Notes: generated by a model not told the origin, from the sequence alone. A DNA stretch of 64,000 nt from Clostridia bacterium (GCA_017504945.1 JAFVQJ010000014.1:6373-70372); one strand, 5' to 3'. Counted from the first letter of the stretch, positions 52,221 to 62,603 are shown. Made by a program: numbers and translations.

Positions 52221-54077
52221 ATGAAAAAGCTATTTGCTTTATTGGTTGGGCTTACAATGGTCGCTGTCACGGCGGCGTGCACAGTTACCGAGGGCGGAAG
52301 CTCTCTTCCCGTTGGCTCCGAAGCCTCGTCGGAGGCAGGCTCCTCGGGGGTAGCTTCTTCAGAGGTATCGTCGTCTGAGGTAAATTCGTCGGCTTCAAGC
52401 GGAAGCGGCGGCTCCGAGCTTGAGGTAAAAAGCAGCTTCTCCACTCCCGAGGAGATGGGCGCGCATATCGTAAGATGCTTTAACGAAAAGCGCTTTGATA
52501 TTCTCGCAAGCTCCTTTCCCGAATGGAAATACGATCCGTCGGGCTATCCCGATTTCACAACCACGCCCGTAACGGCGGATTACTCGGCGCTCTCGACGCT
52601 AAAAGGGATAACTGCCTCTTATGAGATAGTGAAGAAAGATGGGAACGACGGTTATATTTGCCTTGCCTTAAACGTTCCGGACCCGAAGGATACAAGTCTT
52701 TTCATCGGAGAAAATAAAATAATAATTGAATATCTTTACGATAACGACAGCGAAAGCTATGTGAAGGGCTTTGCTTACAGAAAAGCCGTTGACGGCATTG
52801 ATCTTGAAAAAATTCTCGGAGAAGATTTCTGGAGCTTTGATTTTCTCGTTAATTTTACCGATTCGGCGGAATTTGAGTCGATAGATGAAATTTCTCCCAT
52901 TGCAATAATGATTATAGTAAGTCAGGAGATAGGCGTGGAATACGGGGTTGACGAGATAAACGCCGCGGTTTACAAATATTTCGGTGTAAGCGGCTTTTAT
53001 AAAGAGGAAGGCGGGAAGATAGTCGACCGAAACGGCAATGAGTTTGCCTGGACGGGCCCCGGCGGCTCCTACGGCATAGCATACGGCGGCGCTGGATATT
53101 ACTCGTATTCCGTTTCGGGAGATACCGTAAAAATAATGGTCTTAGACACCTCCGACCCGCTGGGACTGTTTATCGGCGGAGGCTGTGAATATACAATAAA
53201 GCTTGTTCAGGACGGCTATAACGTAATTTCTGCCGAAAAGCTTTCGGCTGCCGACGTTATTTTAACGGTAAAAAGCTATTTTTCCACTCCAAAGGAAATG
53301 GGAGATTATATCGTAAGATGCTTTGATGAAAAGCGCTTTGATATTCTTGCAAAGGCGTTTTCGCCAAGCTATGACATTTACGATTATTCGGTGCTTTCCT
53401 CGCTTGACGGTATCGAGGTATCGTATGAGGTCAAAGCCGCAGATGATTACTACGCGACGGTTTACCTGATGCTGAACGTTCCCGATCCGAAAAATACCGC
53501 AATGATTGCGGGAATGAATAAAATAACGCTTAATCTGCACAATTACGGCGACGGTTTTTACCTGTTGGCCGCAACGAGAGAGCCAAACGAGCCGGTTGAT
53601 CTTGCGGCGGCGCTTGGCGTGTCGCACGTGTGGGATACCATTCCTTTTACCGAATTTTTGGATCACACCAAGCTAAAAACCTTTGATTCCACCGCAGAGC
53701 TTACAATTAACGATATAGAATCGGCGATTTGCTACTTGATTGACAATCCGGATAATCTCGATAAGGTAAACAACGCCATTTATGAATATTTCGGCATTGA
53801 AAACTATTGCAGTATGGAAAACGGCTTGATTGTTGACAAAAACGGTATGGAGTTCCTCGGCGTTGGTCTTACGATTACCGGAATAAACTCAAGCCGCGGT
53901 GCATCGTATTACTCTTACACCACCTCGGGCAAGATGGTTACGATAAGAATTTTGGCAACCCTTGACCCGCTTGGATTATTCCTCGATGAGTTTGTTGACT
54001 ATACGGTAGAGCTTTCTGAAAACAGCTACAGAATAATCTCCGCGGTGTCAGTTCCCGTAACCGAGCTTTTAAATTAA
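52221..54077 (+). CDS. Lipoprotein with an internal tandem duplication (~275 aa x 2), unknown function
   Basis: Lipobox TAAC and a Ser-rich linker. The two halves share FSTP.EMG..IVRCF.EKRFDILA, NVPDPK.T, YYSY..SG..V.I..L...DPLGLF and Y.IISA. Confidence 0.65.
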   Translation: MKKLFALLVGLTMVAVTAACTVTEGGSSLPVGSEASSEAGSSGVASSEVSSSEVNSSASSGSGGSELEVKSSFSTPEEMGAHIVRCFNEKRFDILASSFPEWKYDPSGYPDFTTTPVTADYSALSTLKGITASYEIVKKDGNDGYICLALNVPDPKDTSLFIGENKIIIEYLYDNDSESYVKGFAYRKAVDGIDLEKILGEDFWSFDFLVNFTDSAEFESIDEISPIAIMIIVSQEIGVEYGVDEINAAVYKYFGVSGFYKEEGGKIVDRNGNEFAWTGPGGSYGIAYGGAGYYSYSVSGDTVKIMVLDTSDPLGLFIGGGCEYTIKLVQDGYNVISAEKLSAADVILTVKSYFSTPKEMGDYIVRCFDEKRFDILAKAFSPSYDIYDYSVLSSLDGIEVSYEVKAADDYYATVYLMLNVPDPKNTAMIAGMNKITLNLHNYGDGFYLLAATREPNEPVDLAAALGVSHVWDTIPFTEFLDHTKLKTFDSTAELTINDIESAICYLIDNPDNLDKVNNAIYEYFGIENYCSMENGLIVDKNGMEFLGVGLTITGINSSRGASYYSYTTSGKMVTIRILATLDPLGLFLDEFVDYTVELSENSYRIISAVSVPVTELLN

Positions 54078-54090
54078 AACCCACAAATTT

Positions 54091-54120
54091 AACCGCAGGC
54101 AGAAGCCTGCGGTTTGAATT
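54091..54120 (+). terminator. Intrinsic terminator
   Basis: AACCGCAGGC-AGAA-GCCTGCGGTT followed by TGAATTT. Confidence 0.6.
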
Positions 54121-54228
54121 TGTGAAAATCAGTAAAAAAGTTGCTGAAAATGGAAAATTGCGGTTGTCTTTTAAACAGAATTGTGATATACTTTTATATT
54201 ATAATAAATATGAAAGGGAGGCGTGATT

Positions 54229-54924
54229 TTGGCGATATCAACAGAGAAGGAATTTCGGCACGAGCTGAAATACTTTGTGAACAATTCAGATATCTGGCAG
54301 CTCAAAAACAGACTGCGCTTCGTTATGCAAAAGGATAAAAACGTTTCGCAAGACGGGCGCTACAAAATAAAGAGCCTTTATTTTGATAACGTCTATAACG
54401 ACGCCCTCGTTGAAAAGCTCGACGGTATTTCCGACCGCGAAAAGTTCCGAATAAGGACCTATAACGATGACGACAGCTTTATAAGGCTTGAAAAAAAGCT
54501 CAAGCACAACGGCCTTAACGAAAAGGTAAGCGCACGGCTCACTCGCGAGCAGGTAGAGCTCATAATGAAGGGCGACTACGATTGGCTCAAGGCGAGCGAC
54601 AATAATTTATTGGCGGAATTTTACTATAATTTGCGCGTTAAGGGTTTAAGACCCAAAACAATAGTGCAATATATAAGAGAACCTTATATTTACCGCTACG
54701 GCAACGTAAGAGTCACGATAGACAGCGACGTGCGAACGGGTCTTAACAACACCGACCTTTTCGATAAAAGCATTCTCACCGTCCCCGTGCTCGAAACGGG
54801 CAAGACGATACTCGAGATAAAATACGACGAGTATTTGCCCGATATAATAAAAACGATCACCCAAGTCGGCTCGCGCGAGCGCACACAGGCTTCGAAATAC
54901 GCCGCATGCCGCATATATTTATAA
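54229..54924 (+). CDS. VTC-domain (CYTH-like polyphosphate polymerase domain) protein
   Basis: FRHELKY N-terminal motif and EIKY. Start is uncertain: TTG 54229 is 7 nt after AAGGGAGG, and GTG 54223 is the alternative. Confidence 0.65.
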   Translation: MAISTEKEFRHELKYFVNNSDIWQLKNRLRFVMQKDKNVSQDGRYKIKSLYFDNVYNDALVEKLDGISDREKFRIRTYNDDDSFIRLEKKLKHNGLNEKVSARLTREQVELIMKGDYDWLKASDNNLLAEFYYNLRVKGLRPKTIVQYIREPYIYRYGNVRVTIDSDVRTGLNNTDLFDKSILTVPVLETGKTILEIKYDEYLPDIIKTITQVGSRERTQASKYAACRIYL

Positions 54925-54939
54925 AAAGAGGTTAGAAAA

Positions 54940-55623
54940 ATGGTTTACGCAGCATCATTCGCAGATATCTTTAAAAACAGCTTTCTCAATAACTTTGAGA
55001 GCATCGATCCTTGGCAGATAGCTCTTGCATTTGCCGCCTCGCTCCTTTTGGGCATAGGCATCTTCTTCGTCTATAAGCATACCTTTGCGGGCGTGCTCTA
55101 TTCAAAGAGCCTCGGCTTTTCCTTCATAATGCTCGCTCTCGTTACCACCCTCGTAATTATGGCGGTATCGTCCAATATGGTTCTTTCACTCGGTATGGTC
55201 GGTGCGCTCTCTATCGTCCGCTTCCGCTCCGCCATCAAGGAGCCTGTAGACATTGCCTTTATCTTCTGGGCACTTGCGGTAGGTATCGTTAACGGCGCAG
55301 GCCTTGTAGGTCTTTCCGTTGCAGGCTCGGTAATAATCGGCGCAACGGTTATCATCTTCGCAAACTTCAAAACGAAATATCATCCCTACGTTCTCGTCAT
55401 CGACCTTGAGCCCGAATACGACGAGGCAAAGATAAATGCATTACTCAAGGCGAAATGCAAGAAATTTTCCGTTAAATCGAAAACTCTCGGTCAGAACGGT
55501 GCAGATATGACCGTTGAGGTAAGACTCGAGGAAAAGGACCTCAAGATAGTAAACGAGCTCAACCGCTTCTCCTTCGTAAGAAATGCGGCGCTCATCAGCT
55601 TCAACGGAGATTACGCAGGCTAA
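54940..55623 (+). CDS. DUF4956-like membrane protein
   Basis: Three TM helices with an LSIVRFRSAIKEP motif. Conserved partner of VTC/CotH genes. Confidence 0.6.
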   Translation: MVYAASFADIFKNSFLNNFESIDPWQIALAFAASLLLGIGIFFVYKHTFAGVLYSKSLGFSFIMLALVTTLVIMAVSSNMVLSLGMVGALSIVRFRSAIKEPVDIAFIFWALAVGIVNGAGLVGLSVAGSVIIGATVIIFANFKTKYHPYVLVIDLEPEYDEAKINALLKAKCKKFSVKSKTLGQNGADMTVEVRLEEKDLKIVNELNRFSFVRNAALISFNGDYAG

Positions 55624-55648
55624 TTTGAATTTTAAGGGGAAACGAAAG

Positions 55649-58600
55649 TTGAAAAAGTTTTCATCTGTAATTAAAAAGGCAGTGTCGGCGCTTTTGGCGG
55701 CGGCAATGCTGCTTTGCGTTTCCTGCGGTAGCGTTGGCTCGGTCATTACGGGCGCCATTCTCGATAAGGAGATATACGTGAGCGAATTTATGGCGCTCAA
55801 TACCTCCACCATCATTGATATGGACGGCGACCCCGAGGACTGGATCGAAATTAAAAACAATACCGATAAGGATATAAACCTTAAGGGTTATACTCTTTCC
55901 GACGATCCCGAAAAGCCTTATAAATGGGAATTTCCCGATTGCACCGTCAAGGCAAACGGTCATATCATCGTATTTGCCTCGGGCAAAAATAAAGAGATAA
56001 ACGGCGAGCTTCACACCAACTTTGCCCTTTCTTCATCGGGCGAGAGAATAATTCTCACAACCGACAGCGGCAGAGTAGTGTCCGATATCGAATACGGCAA
56101 GCAAAACGCCGATATCTCAACGGGCGTTTTTGAGGAAAACGGCAAAAGAAAGCTCGTGAACTTCTATGAAGCGACTCCCGGTCTTGAAAACGCGGGCGAT
56201 TATATCGACGTCGGCGCGGTCATCGAGCAGTCTGACTTCACTCTCGCGATAAACGAGATAACCCCAAGAAATGCATACAGCCACTACACCCAGAGCGGCA
56301 CCTACGAGCAGTGGGTGGAGATAATAAACAAATCGAGCGGCGACGTTAAGATATCCGAATATTATCTTTCGGACGACGCCGAAAAGCTGCTCAAATACCG
56401 TTTGCCCGACGTTACCTTGAAGGCGGGCGAGGTAATAGTGATATTCATTACCGGCGAAGCCGCGTCCTATGCGGATATAGGCGAATATCACACCAATTTC
56501 TCAATGAGTGCAGAGGAAAACGTGATTTTCCTTTCTCATATTTCGGGCGCGATAGCCGACTCGGCAGAGATATCTGCCGATATGCGCAAAAACAACAGCT
56601 ACGGCAGAAGCCCCGACGATTTTGACAAGTGGGTGTACTTTGCACGTCCCACTCCCAATAAGCCCAATACAACGGAACAGTTCGAAACTTTAACAAAGGC
56701 GGCGGAGTTAAACTCTTCGTCGCTTATTGTAACTGAGGTGTCAACTGCAAACGTTTCGGGATTGCAGCTTACAAACAAGACCTACGGTAAAAAATACGGT
56801 CTTGTTTACTCTTTTATGTATTACGCCGACTGGATAGAGCTCTATAACCCCACAGATAAGGAGATCTCTCTTTCCGACTATATGCTCGGCAACGATAAAT
56901 CGCTTCTCACCACCTTCGCCCTCTTGCCCGACTATAAGATAGGCGCAGGCGAATATAAGGTCATCTTCATAGGTCTTGAGGAGGATTATTACGTTAAGAA
57001 AAGTCAAGAGATAGGCTCAATACTTCACCTTTCCGCAGAGGGCGACACCGTTTTTCTCGTTGAGAAGGAGAGCGGCGAGGTAGTCGATTTTATGGACACC
57101 GGCAGGCAGTTTGACTACGTAACCGTTGGCAGAAAGGGAATGACCGACTCTGCCGCCTACTATTTCCAAAAGGCAACGCCCGGTGAGGAAAATATCTATG
57201 AGGGCGTAAACAAGGTGAGCCGTCAGCCCGAGTTTTCACATGACGGCGGTCCCGTTGAGGCAGGCACCGTTATAACTCTTAAGGCTCCCACCGACAGTGC
57301 AAAGATATACTACACCACCGACGGCAGTATGCCAAACGCCACCTCGAAGATTTATACCGACGGTATAAAAATAGACAAGACCACCGTTATAAGAGCGGTA
57401 GCGCTCGAGGAGGGCAAGCTCGTTTCGATAGACGTTACCCGCACCTTCTTCGTAAACTTCAACCATAAGGTCGCGGTGCTTTCGGTCGCGGGCGATCCCG
57501 ATGGCTTCTACAATAAAGAATACGGCCTTTTCGGCTATCCCTACGATGGCGTTTCCACTACTCACGGCGGCTATATAACCAAGCTCAAAAACAGAGGACT
57601 AAAGAGTGTTAAGACATCGGGCAGCATTGAATTTTATAAGGACGGCAACTTAAACCTTCAGCTCGATGCAGAGCTTTCACTCTTCGGTCAGTACAGCCTC
57701 GTTACCGATCAGAAATCCTTTAAGGTCGAGCTTAAGAGTAAATACGGAATCGACGAGATAAATTATCCCCTCATTGAGACCAACGAGGTAACGGTTTATA
57801 ACGATTTCGTGCTCCGTCAGGGCGGCTACCCCGACAGCTCGCGCACCAGAATTTTGGACCTCACCTTTGCAAGGCTTGCAAAGACCTCGATAGATATCGA
57901 CGTTATGGACGGTATCCCCGTAGTAGTCTATATAAACGGCGAATACCACGGCATCTACAATCTCCGCGAGAGATTTGACGTTGACTATATAGTAAATCAC
58001 TTCGGCGCAGACCCCGAAAACGTCGATATGATAAAGGGCAACAAAACGATACTTTACGGCTCGCTTGCCGACTACAACGCCCTCAAGAGCTACGTTACCA
58101 CTCACGACCTTCGCGTGCCCGAATATTACGAATACGTTTGCTCGCAGGTCGATATCGAGAGCCTTATGAACTGGTGGGCGATGGAGAGCTTCCTCGTAAA
58201 CACCGACTCGGGAAACATCAAATTCTTCCGCGATAAAGAAAACGGCAAGTGGCGGTGGTTCCTGTTTGATCTCGACTGGTCTCTCTTTGGCTCAAACTAC
58301 ACCGGAAAATACGATATGCTCAAGCAATTTGCCTTCGATCCGAAGGGCCACGGCATAGGCAACGGCTTTGAAACGTGGCTTATGTGCGGCCTCGTTGAAA
58401 ACGAGGATTTCAGAGAGCGCTTTATCCACAATTATATGTACGTTATCCACTACGTTTTCGAGGAAGATCGCGTAAGCGATACGGTGGACTATCTTGCCTC
58501 GCTTATCGAGGAGGAGATCCCCAACCACATCGAAAGATGGAAGACCAACAACGAAAACTACGCAAATAACGAATACCGCTCCTCGCCCGGTTCACTTTCG

Positions 58601-58789
58601 GGCTGGAAAAATGCGGTAGAGGGCATAAAGACACGTATTGAAAAGAGAAAGCCCTACGCGCTTAAGGAGATAAAAAACTTCTTTAAGCTAACCGATAAGC
58701 AAATGGAGTATTACGCCACCTACGATATAAACGGTGAGCCCTACGTGCTTTACGATATGCACGGAAATCCCGTAACGGCGGAGGGGTAA
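55649..58789 (+). CDS. CotH kinase family protein with three lamin-tail-domain (LTD) repeats and a chitobiase/Fn3-associated module; lipoprotein
   Basis: TTG 55649 follows GGGGAAA. Lipobox VSCG. LTD motifs occur three times (ISEFMA...DWIEIKN, INEITP...WVEIIN, VTEVST...DWIELYN). IYYTTDGS.P module. CotH-like C-terminal half. Confidence 0.7.
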   Translation: MKKFSSVIKKAVSALLAAAMLLCVSCGSVGSVITGAILDKEIYVSEFMALNTSTIIDMDGDPEDWIEIKNNTDKDINLKGYTLSDDPEKPYKWEFPDCTVKANGHIIVFASGKNKEINGELHTNFALSSSGERIILTTDSGRVVSDIEYGKQNADISTGVFEENGKRKLVNFYEATPGLENAGDYIDVGAVIEQSDFTLAINEITPRNAYSHYTQSGTYEQWVEIINKSSGDVKISEYYLSDDAEKLLKYRLPDVTLKAGEVIVIFITGEAASYADIGEYHTNFSMSAEENVIFLSHISGAIADSAEISADMRKNNSYGRSPDDFDKWVYFARPTPNKPNTTEQFETLTKAAELNSSSLIVTEVSTANVSGLQLTNKTYGKKYGLVYSFMYYADWIELYNPTDKEISLSDYMLGNDKSLLTTFALLPDYKIGAGEYKVIFIGLEEDYYVKKSQEIGSILHLSAEGDTVFLVEKESGEVVDFMDTGRQFDYVTVGRKGMTDSAAYYFQKATPGEENIYEGVNKVSRQPEFSHDGGPVEAGTVITLKAPTDSAKIYYTTDGSMPNATSKIYTDGIKIDKTTVIRAVALEEGKLVSIDVTRTFFVNFNHKVAVLSVAGDPDGFYNKEYGLFGYPYDGVSTTHGGYITKLKNRGLKSVKTSGSIEFYKDGNLNLQLDAELSLFGQYSLVTDQKSFKVELKSKYGIDEINYPLIETNEVTVYNDFVLRQGGYPDSSRTRILDLTFARLAKTSIDIDVMDGIPVVVYINGEYHGIYNLRERFDVDYIVNHFGADPENVDMIKGNKTILYGSLADYNALKSYVTTHDLRVPEYYEYVCSQVDIESLMNWWAMESFLVNTDSGNIKFFRDKENGKWRWFLFDLDWSLFGSNYTGKYDMLKQFAFDPKGHGIGNGFETWLMCGLVENEDFRERFIHNYMYVIHYVFEEDRVSDTVDYLASLIEEEIPNHIERWKTNNENYANNEYRSSPGSLSGWKNAVEGIKTRIEKRKPYALKEIKNFFKLTDKQMEYYATYDINGEPYVLYDMHGNPVTAEG

Positions 58790-58790
58790 T

Positions 58791-59816
58791 ATGCTAAAAA
58801 AGCAGAAGATTGCGGTCGTGGCGGTAATTGCCGTTTTTATCCTCGTTTTAACGGTTGGATTTTTCGCATTTTCCGGTACCAACGAGATAATCATTGCCGA
58901 ATTCAGCGGCAAAAAGGTGCTTCTCGGCGACTATGACTGCTTTATCGAGTTTAACCGTCGCATAGAGATAAGAGAAAAGCGCGATTATATTCTGAAAAGC
59001 CTTAAATTCTCTCATTATCTTGCCAAAAAAGAGGTGAGAATAACAGAAGAGGATATCAATAAGGCTTATGCCGAGCTTGCAAAGGAATACTTCGGTGAAA
59101 AAGAAAATTTTACAGATTATTACATTCCGATTGCAAAATCCGCAAAAATAGATTATAATAGTTTAAAGGAATCGTTAAGATACTACGCCGGCGCAGTCGC
59201 CGCGACCAACGCCTTTAAGAATTACGCCAAAGCGCAGTTTGAGGCGCAGGATAAGACGGCGGATGACTACAATCCCGAGCTCGACGGCTTTACCTTTGCC
59301 CTCGAAAAAGAGGCGGTAAAGGAGCAGGCGGCAATCGTTACCTCCTTTGCCGAATCGAAAAACGAGTTTGGCGTTTCGAACTACGAAAAGCACTACGATT
59401 GCTTCGTTGCCTTTGCGGCGGCGGCAAGCAAATTCGAAACGGTGCAGTCGATAGCTCTCTACAAGGGTATCGACGAGCTCTATGGCAAGGAAGCCGATAT
59501 AACCGAGCTTGAGGCGTATCTTGAAACGATATTCGGCGGAATAAGACGTATCGACGGCTACGAGGGTATCCTCACCGATATGAACGCCACCGAATTTGAA
59601 TTTTTCGCGCAGGCGAGAAAATTTTACCGCAACGTCTACGTTTACGAGCAGCTCACGAAGGGGTATTTTTCAGAGAAATACCATCTTAAAAAGACGGCGG
59701 GAACTCTTCCCGAGGGCGTTGAAACACTTGAGGACTACGCCGCCTATATTCTCATCGACACGGCGCTTAAGTGCAAGGTGGTAACCACCGATTTTGAATG
59801 GAACAATCAGAAATAA
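58791..59816 (+). CDS. Membrane-anchored protein, unknown function
   Basis: N-terminal TM helix. The start lies 1 nt after the CotH stop. Confidence 0.5.
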   Translation: MLKKQKIAVVAVIAVFILVLTVGFFAFSGTNEIIIAEFSGKKVLLGDYDCFIEFNRRIEIREKRDYILKSLKFSHYLAKKEVRITEEDINKAYAELAKEYFGEKENFTDYYIPIAKSAKIDYNSLKESLRYYAGAVAATNAFKNYAKAQFEAQDKTADDYNPELDGFTFALEKEAVKEQAAIVTSFAESKNEFGVSNYEKHYDCFVAFAAAASKFETVQSIALYKGIDELYGKEADITELEAYLETIFGGIRRIDGYEGILTDMNATEFEFFAQARKFYRNVYVYEQLTKGYFSEKYHLKKTAGTLPEGVETLEDYAAYILIDTALKCKVVTTDFEWNNQK

Positions 59817-59835
59817 AGATAAAAGGATGAAAAAA

Positions 59836-60981
59836 ATGACGTCAAAGGAAAGCGAAAAAATCTTCGGCAACGAAAAATCCGTAGCAAGACTCGGCATCAT
59901 TGCTCTTGAGGGCACCGAGGAGCTTGCAAAAAAGATCGACTATTATCTTACCAACTGGTCGGATAATCTCGATGAGCCCGTTGAAACCTTTTTGATCGAG
60001 GCAAGCTGTCCCCGTTTCTCTTCGGGTGATGCAAAGGGCATAATCAAGCAGCCGGTAAGAGGTCTTGACCTTTACATTCTCGTGGACGTAGCCAACTACA
60101 GCTGCACCTACAATATGTTCGGATTTGAGAATAATATGTCGCCCGACGATCACTATCAGAACCTCAAGAGAATAATTCAGGCGGTTTCGGGCAAGGCGCA
60201 CAGAATAAACGTAATTATGCCGGTGCTTTACGGCGGACGTCAGCACAGAAGAAACTACCGCGAGTCGCTCGACTGCGCCGTAGCCCTTCAGGAGCTTCAG
60301 GCAATGGGCGTTTCAAACGTCCTCACCGTCGACGCGCACGACCCCAAGGTAAACAACGCCGTTCCCCTCATGGGCTTTGATAACATTATGCCCGTTTACC
60401 AGACTCTTAAGACCATCTTCCGCACCGTGCCCGACATCAACTTTGATAAGGATCACTTTATGGTAGTAAGCCCCGACGAAGGCGCCATAAACCGCAATAT
60501 GTATTACGCATCGGTCTTGGGCGTTGATCTCGGTATGTTCTATAAAAGGCGTGACTATTCCAGAATAGTAAACGGCAGAAACCCCATCGTTGCCCACGAA
60601 TACCTCGGAAACTCGGTTGAGGGTAAGGACGTATTTATCGCCGACGATATGATATCCTCGGGCGAGTCAATGCTCGACCTTGCCTATGAGCTTAAAAAGC
60701 GCAAGGCAAACAAGATCTTCTCATACGTAACCTACGGCTTCTTTACCAACGGTCTCGAGAAATTCGATAAGGCGTATGCCGACGGCGTTCTTTCGGGCGT
60801 TTACGCAACCAACCTCACCTACCGTATGCCCGAGCTTCTCGAAAGACCCTGGTTCCACGAGGTAGACGTTTCGAAGTACCTTTCCTATTATATAGCGTCT
60901 CTTAATCACGACCTTTCCATCGGTAAGGTAATAGATCCCCACCAGAAGATAAAAGCGCTTCTTGAGAAAAATAAGAAATAA
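59836..60981 (+). CDS. prs: Ribose-phosphate pyrophosphokinase (long form)
   Basis: LTVDAHD and ADDMISSGES (PRPP-binding loop) motifs. ATG 59836 is 8 nt after AAAAGGA. Confidence 0.7.
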   Translation: MTSKESEKIFGNEKSVARLGIIALEGTEELAKKIDYYLTNWSDNLDEPVETFLIEASCPRFSSGDAKGIIKQPVRGLDLYILVDVANYSCTYNMFGFENNMSPDDHYQNLKRIIQAVSGKAHRINVIMPVLYGGRQHRRNYRESLDCAVALQELQAMGVSNVLTVDAHDPKVNNAVPLMGFDNIMPVYQTLKTIFRTVPDINFDKDHFMVVSPDEGAINRNMYYASVLGVDLGMFYKRRDYSRIVNGRNPIVAHEYLGNSVEGKDVFIADDMISSGESMLDLAYELKKRKANKIFSYVTYGFFTNGLEKFDKAYADGVLSGVYATNLTYRMPELLERPWFHEVDVSKYLSYYIASLNHDLSIGKVIDPHQKIKALLEKNKK

Positions 60982-60995
60982 TAAATAAGAAAAAC

Positions 60996-61030
60996 GATCC
61001 CGCCATTTTGGCGGGATCTTTGCTTTTTGT
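60996..61030 (+). terminator. Intrinsic terminator after prs
   Basis: GATCCCGCC-ATTTT-GGCGGGATC followed by TTTGCTTTTT. Confidence 0.7.
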
Positions 61031-61058
61031 TTACGATGCGGAGGTTTTTTCATAAAAA

Positions 61059-61087
61059 TTGCCGTTTGTAAAAAAATATGTTATAAT
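61059..61087 (+). promoter_or_regulatory. Extended -10 promoter of the sigma factor operon
   Basis: TTGCCG, 17 nt, TATAAT, within AAATATGTTATAAT. Confidence 0.4.
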
Positions 61088-61158
61088 AATAAAAAACTTC
61101 TCTTTTTGGGTAGCATTTTTAGAAAAAACCGTAGTATATAGGTGAAGGGGGAATTGAA

Positions 61159-61716
61159 ATGACGGACGAACGAATAATAGAGCTGTTTTTTGAACGCTCG
61201 GAAACGGCAATTTCGGAGCTTGAGAAAAAATACGGCAAGCTTCTTTATGCGGTATCAAATAACGTTCTTAATGATAGCGAGGACGCGCGCGAGTGCGTAA
61301 ACGACACCTATCTTGCAACATGGAACGCCATTCCGCCAACAAACCCCAATCCGTTGGTTGCCTTTGTTTGCAAAATTACGCGCAACCTTTCGCTTAAAAG
61401 GCACAGACAAAATGCCGCAAAAAAGAGAAACAGCGCTTATGACCTTTCTCTTTCGGAGATTGGCGATTTTGTTTCTGCAAAGGAAAACGTTGAGGCGGAA
61501 AACGAAAGAAAAGAGCTTTTGGCGGCGGTTGAAGGCTTTTTGAAAACGCTTTCAACCGAAAACCGAGTGATCTTTATGCGCCGCTACTGGTTTTTCGACA
61601 GCTATGCCGACATCTCCAAAAGGGTGGGAATTTCGGAAAAGAACGTTTCTGTCCGGCTTGTAAGGCTGCGCGACCAACTGCGTAGCTATTTAAAGGAAAG
61701 AGAGGTAATAATATGA
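61159..61716 (+). CDS. RNA polymerase sigma-70 family (ECF-type) sigma factor
   Basis: 185 aa with region 2 (DSEDA.ECVNDTYL..W) and a region 4 HTH (SYADISKRVGISEKNVSVRL.R.R). Confidence 0.8.
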   Translation: MTDERIIELFFERSETAISELEKKYGKLLYAVSNNVLNDSEDARECVNDTYLATWNAIPPTNPNPLVAFVCKITRNLSLKRHRQNAAKKRNSAYDLSLSEIGDFVSAKENVEAENERKELLAAVEGFLKTLSTENRVIFMRRYWFFDSYADISKRVGISEKNVSVRLVRLRDQLRSYLKEREVII

Positions 61717-62594
61717 ATAACAAGGAATTTTTAAGCTCGCTTAACGAAATTGAAGCGAAATTTATTGAAGAAGCCGCCGATTACAAGGCAAAAAATAACC
61801 GAAATACCCTTGTGAGATGGATTTCGATTGCGGCTTGTATCTGCCTTGTTGCCACCGCGATAGGATATGCCTTTTTGGGTAAGCCGAAAATAATACAAGG
61901 AACCTTTGAATTAACACCGAGTGAGAATTTGATTTACACATCAAATTCTGAAAACTTGTCTTTTTCTAAACGCCATGACTCCTATGAGGAGTGGGAAAAG
62001 ATTGCAATAGAGCTCGGACAAACTTTACTGAGATTTGAGGTGGTCGGTGAGAGCTTCAATACTTTTGAAAACGATTATATGGATACCGAAATATTATCAA
62101 GATGTGCAACGCTTACTCCTGTTAAAATAAAAGAAATATATCATCTTGGAAAAGATTCAACGTTAAAAGTCGGAGATATAATTTATTTATCGTTAAAATA
62201 CATCTATGTAGACGAAGATGTTCGTAACGCCTGCTATTCCGCTATACACCGTGAAGAAAAAAGCACCGCCGGCAAAATCAAAGTTGGCAATTATATTCAT
62301 TGGGGCGGAGACCCACAGCGCACAAATTTCGTTTTTCTCAAAATAGGAGAAGAATATTTTGCAAGTGTATCTCTTGGTTATCTTAGGAGGAGAAACAACG
62401 AGGAAACATGGGACAGCAGTTACGTATGTGATTTTGAAAAAGACGGCATAAAATTTCAATTTTATCAGGAAGTTACCGATGCGGGTCCCATGCCTCTCAC
62501 AGAGGAGATAAACCGCGAAAACTACACCCCGTATTATCTGACTCTCTACGACGGCTTTATAGAAAAATACGGCAACAAGGAAATTCATTCGTAA
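61713..62594 (+). CDS. Single-pass membrane protein, putative cognate anti-sigma factor
   Basis: Overlaps the sigma stop by 4 nt. Short cytoplasmic N-terminus (..IEAKFIEEA..), one TM helix and an extracytoplasmic domain. Confidence 0.5.
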   Translation: MNNKEFLSSLNEIEAKFIEEAADYKAKNNRNTLVRWISIAACICLVATAIGYAFLGKPKIIQGTFELTPSENLIYTSNSENLSFSKRHDSYEEWEKIAIELGQTLLRFEVVGESFNTFENDYMDTEILSRCATLTPVKIKEIYHLGKDSTLKVGDIIYLSLKYIYVDEDVRNACYSAIHREEKSTAGKIKVGNYIHWGGDPQRTNFVFLKIGEEYFASVSLGYLRRRNNEETWDSSYVCDFEKDGIKFQFYQEVTDAGPMPLTEEINRENYTPYYLTLYDGFIEKYGNKEIHS

Positions 62595-62603
62595 CAAAAC
62601 AAA

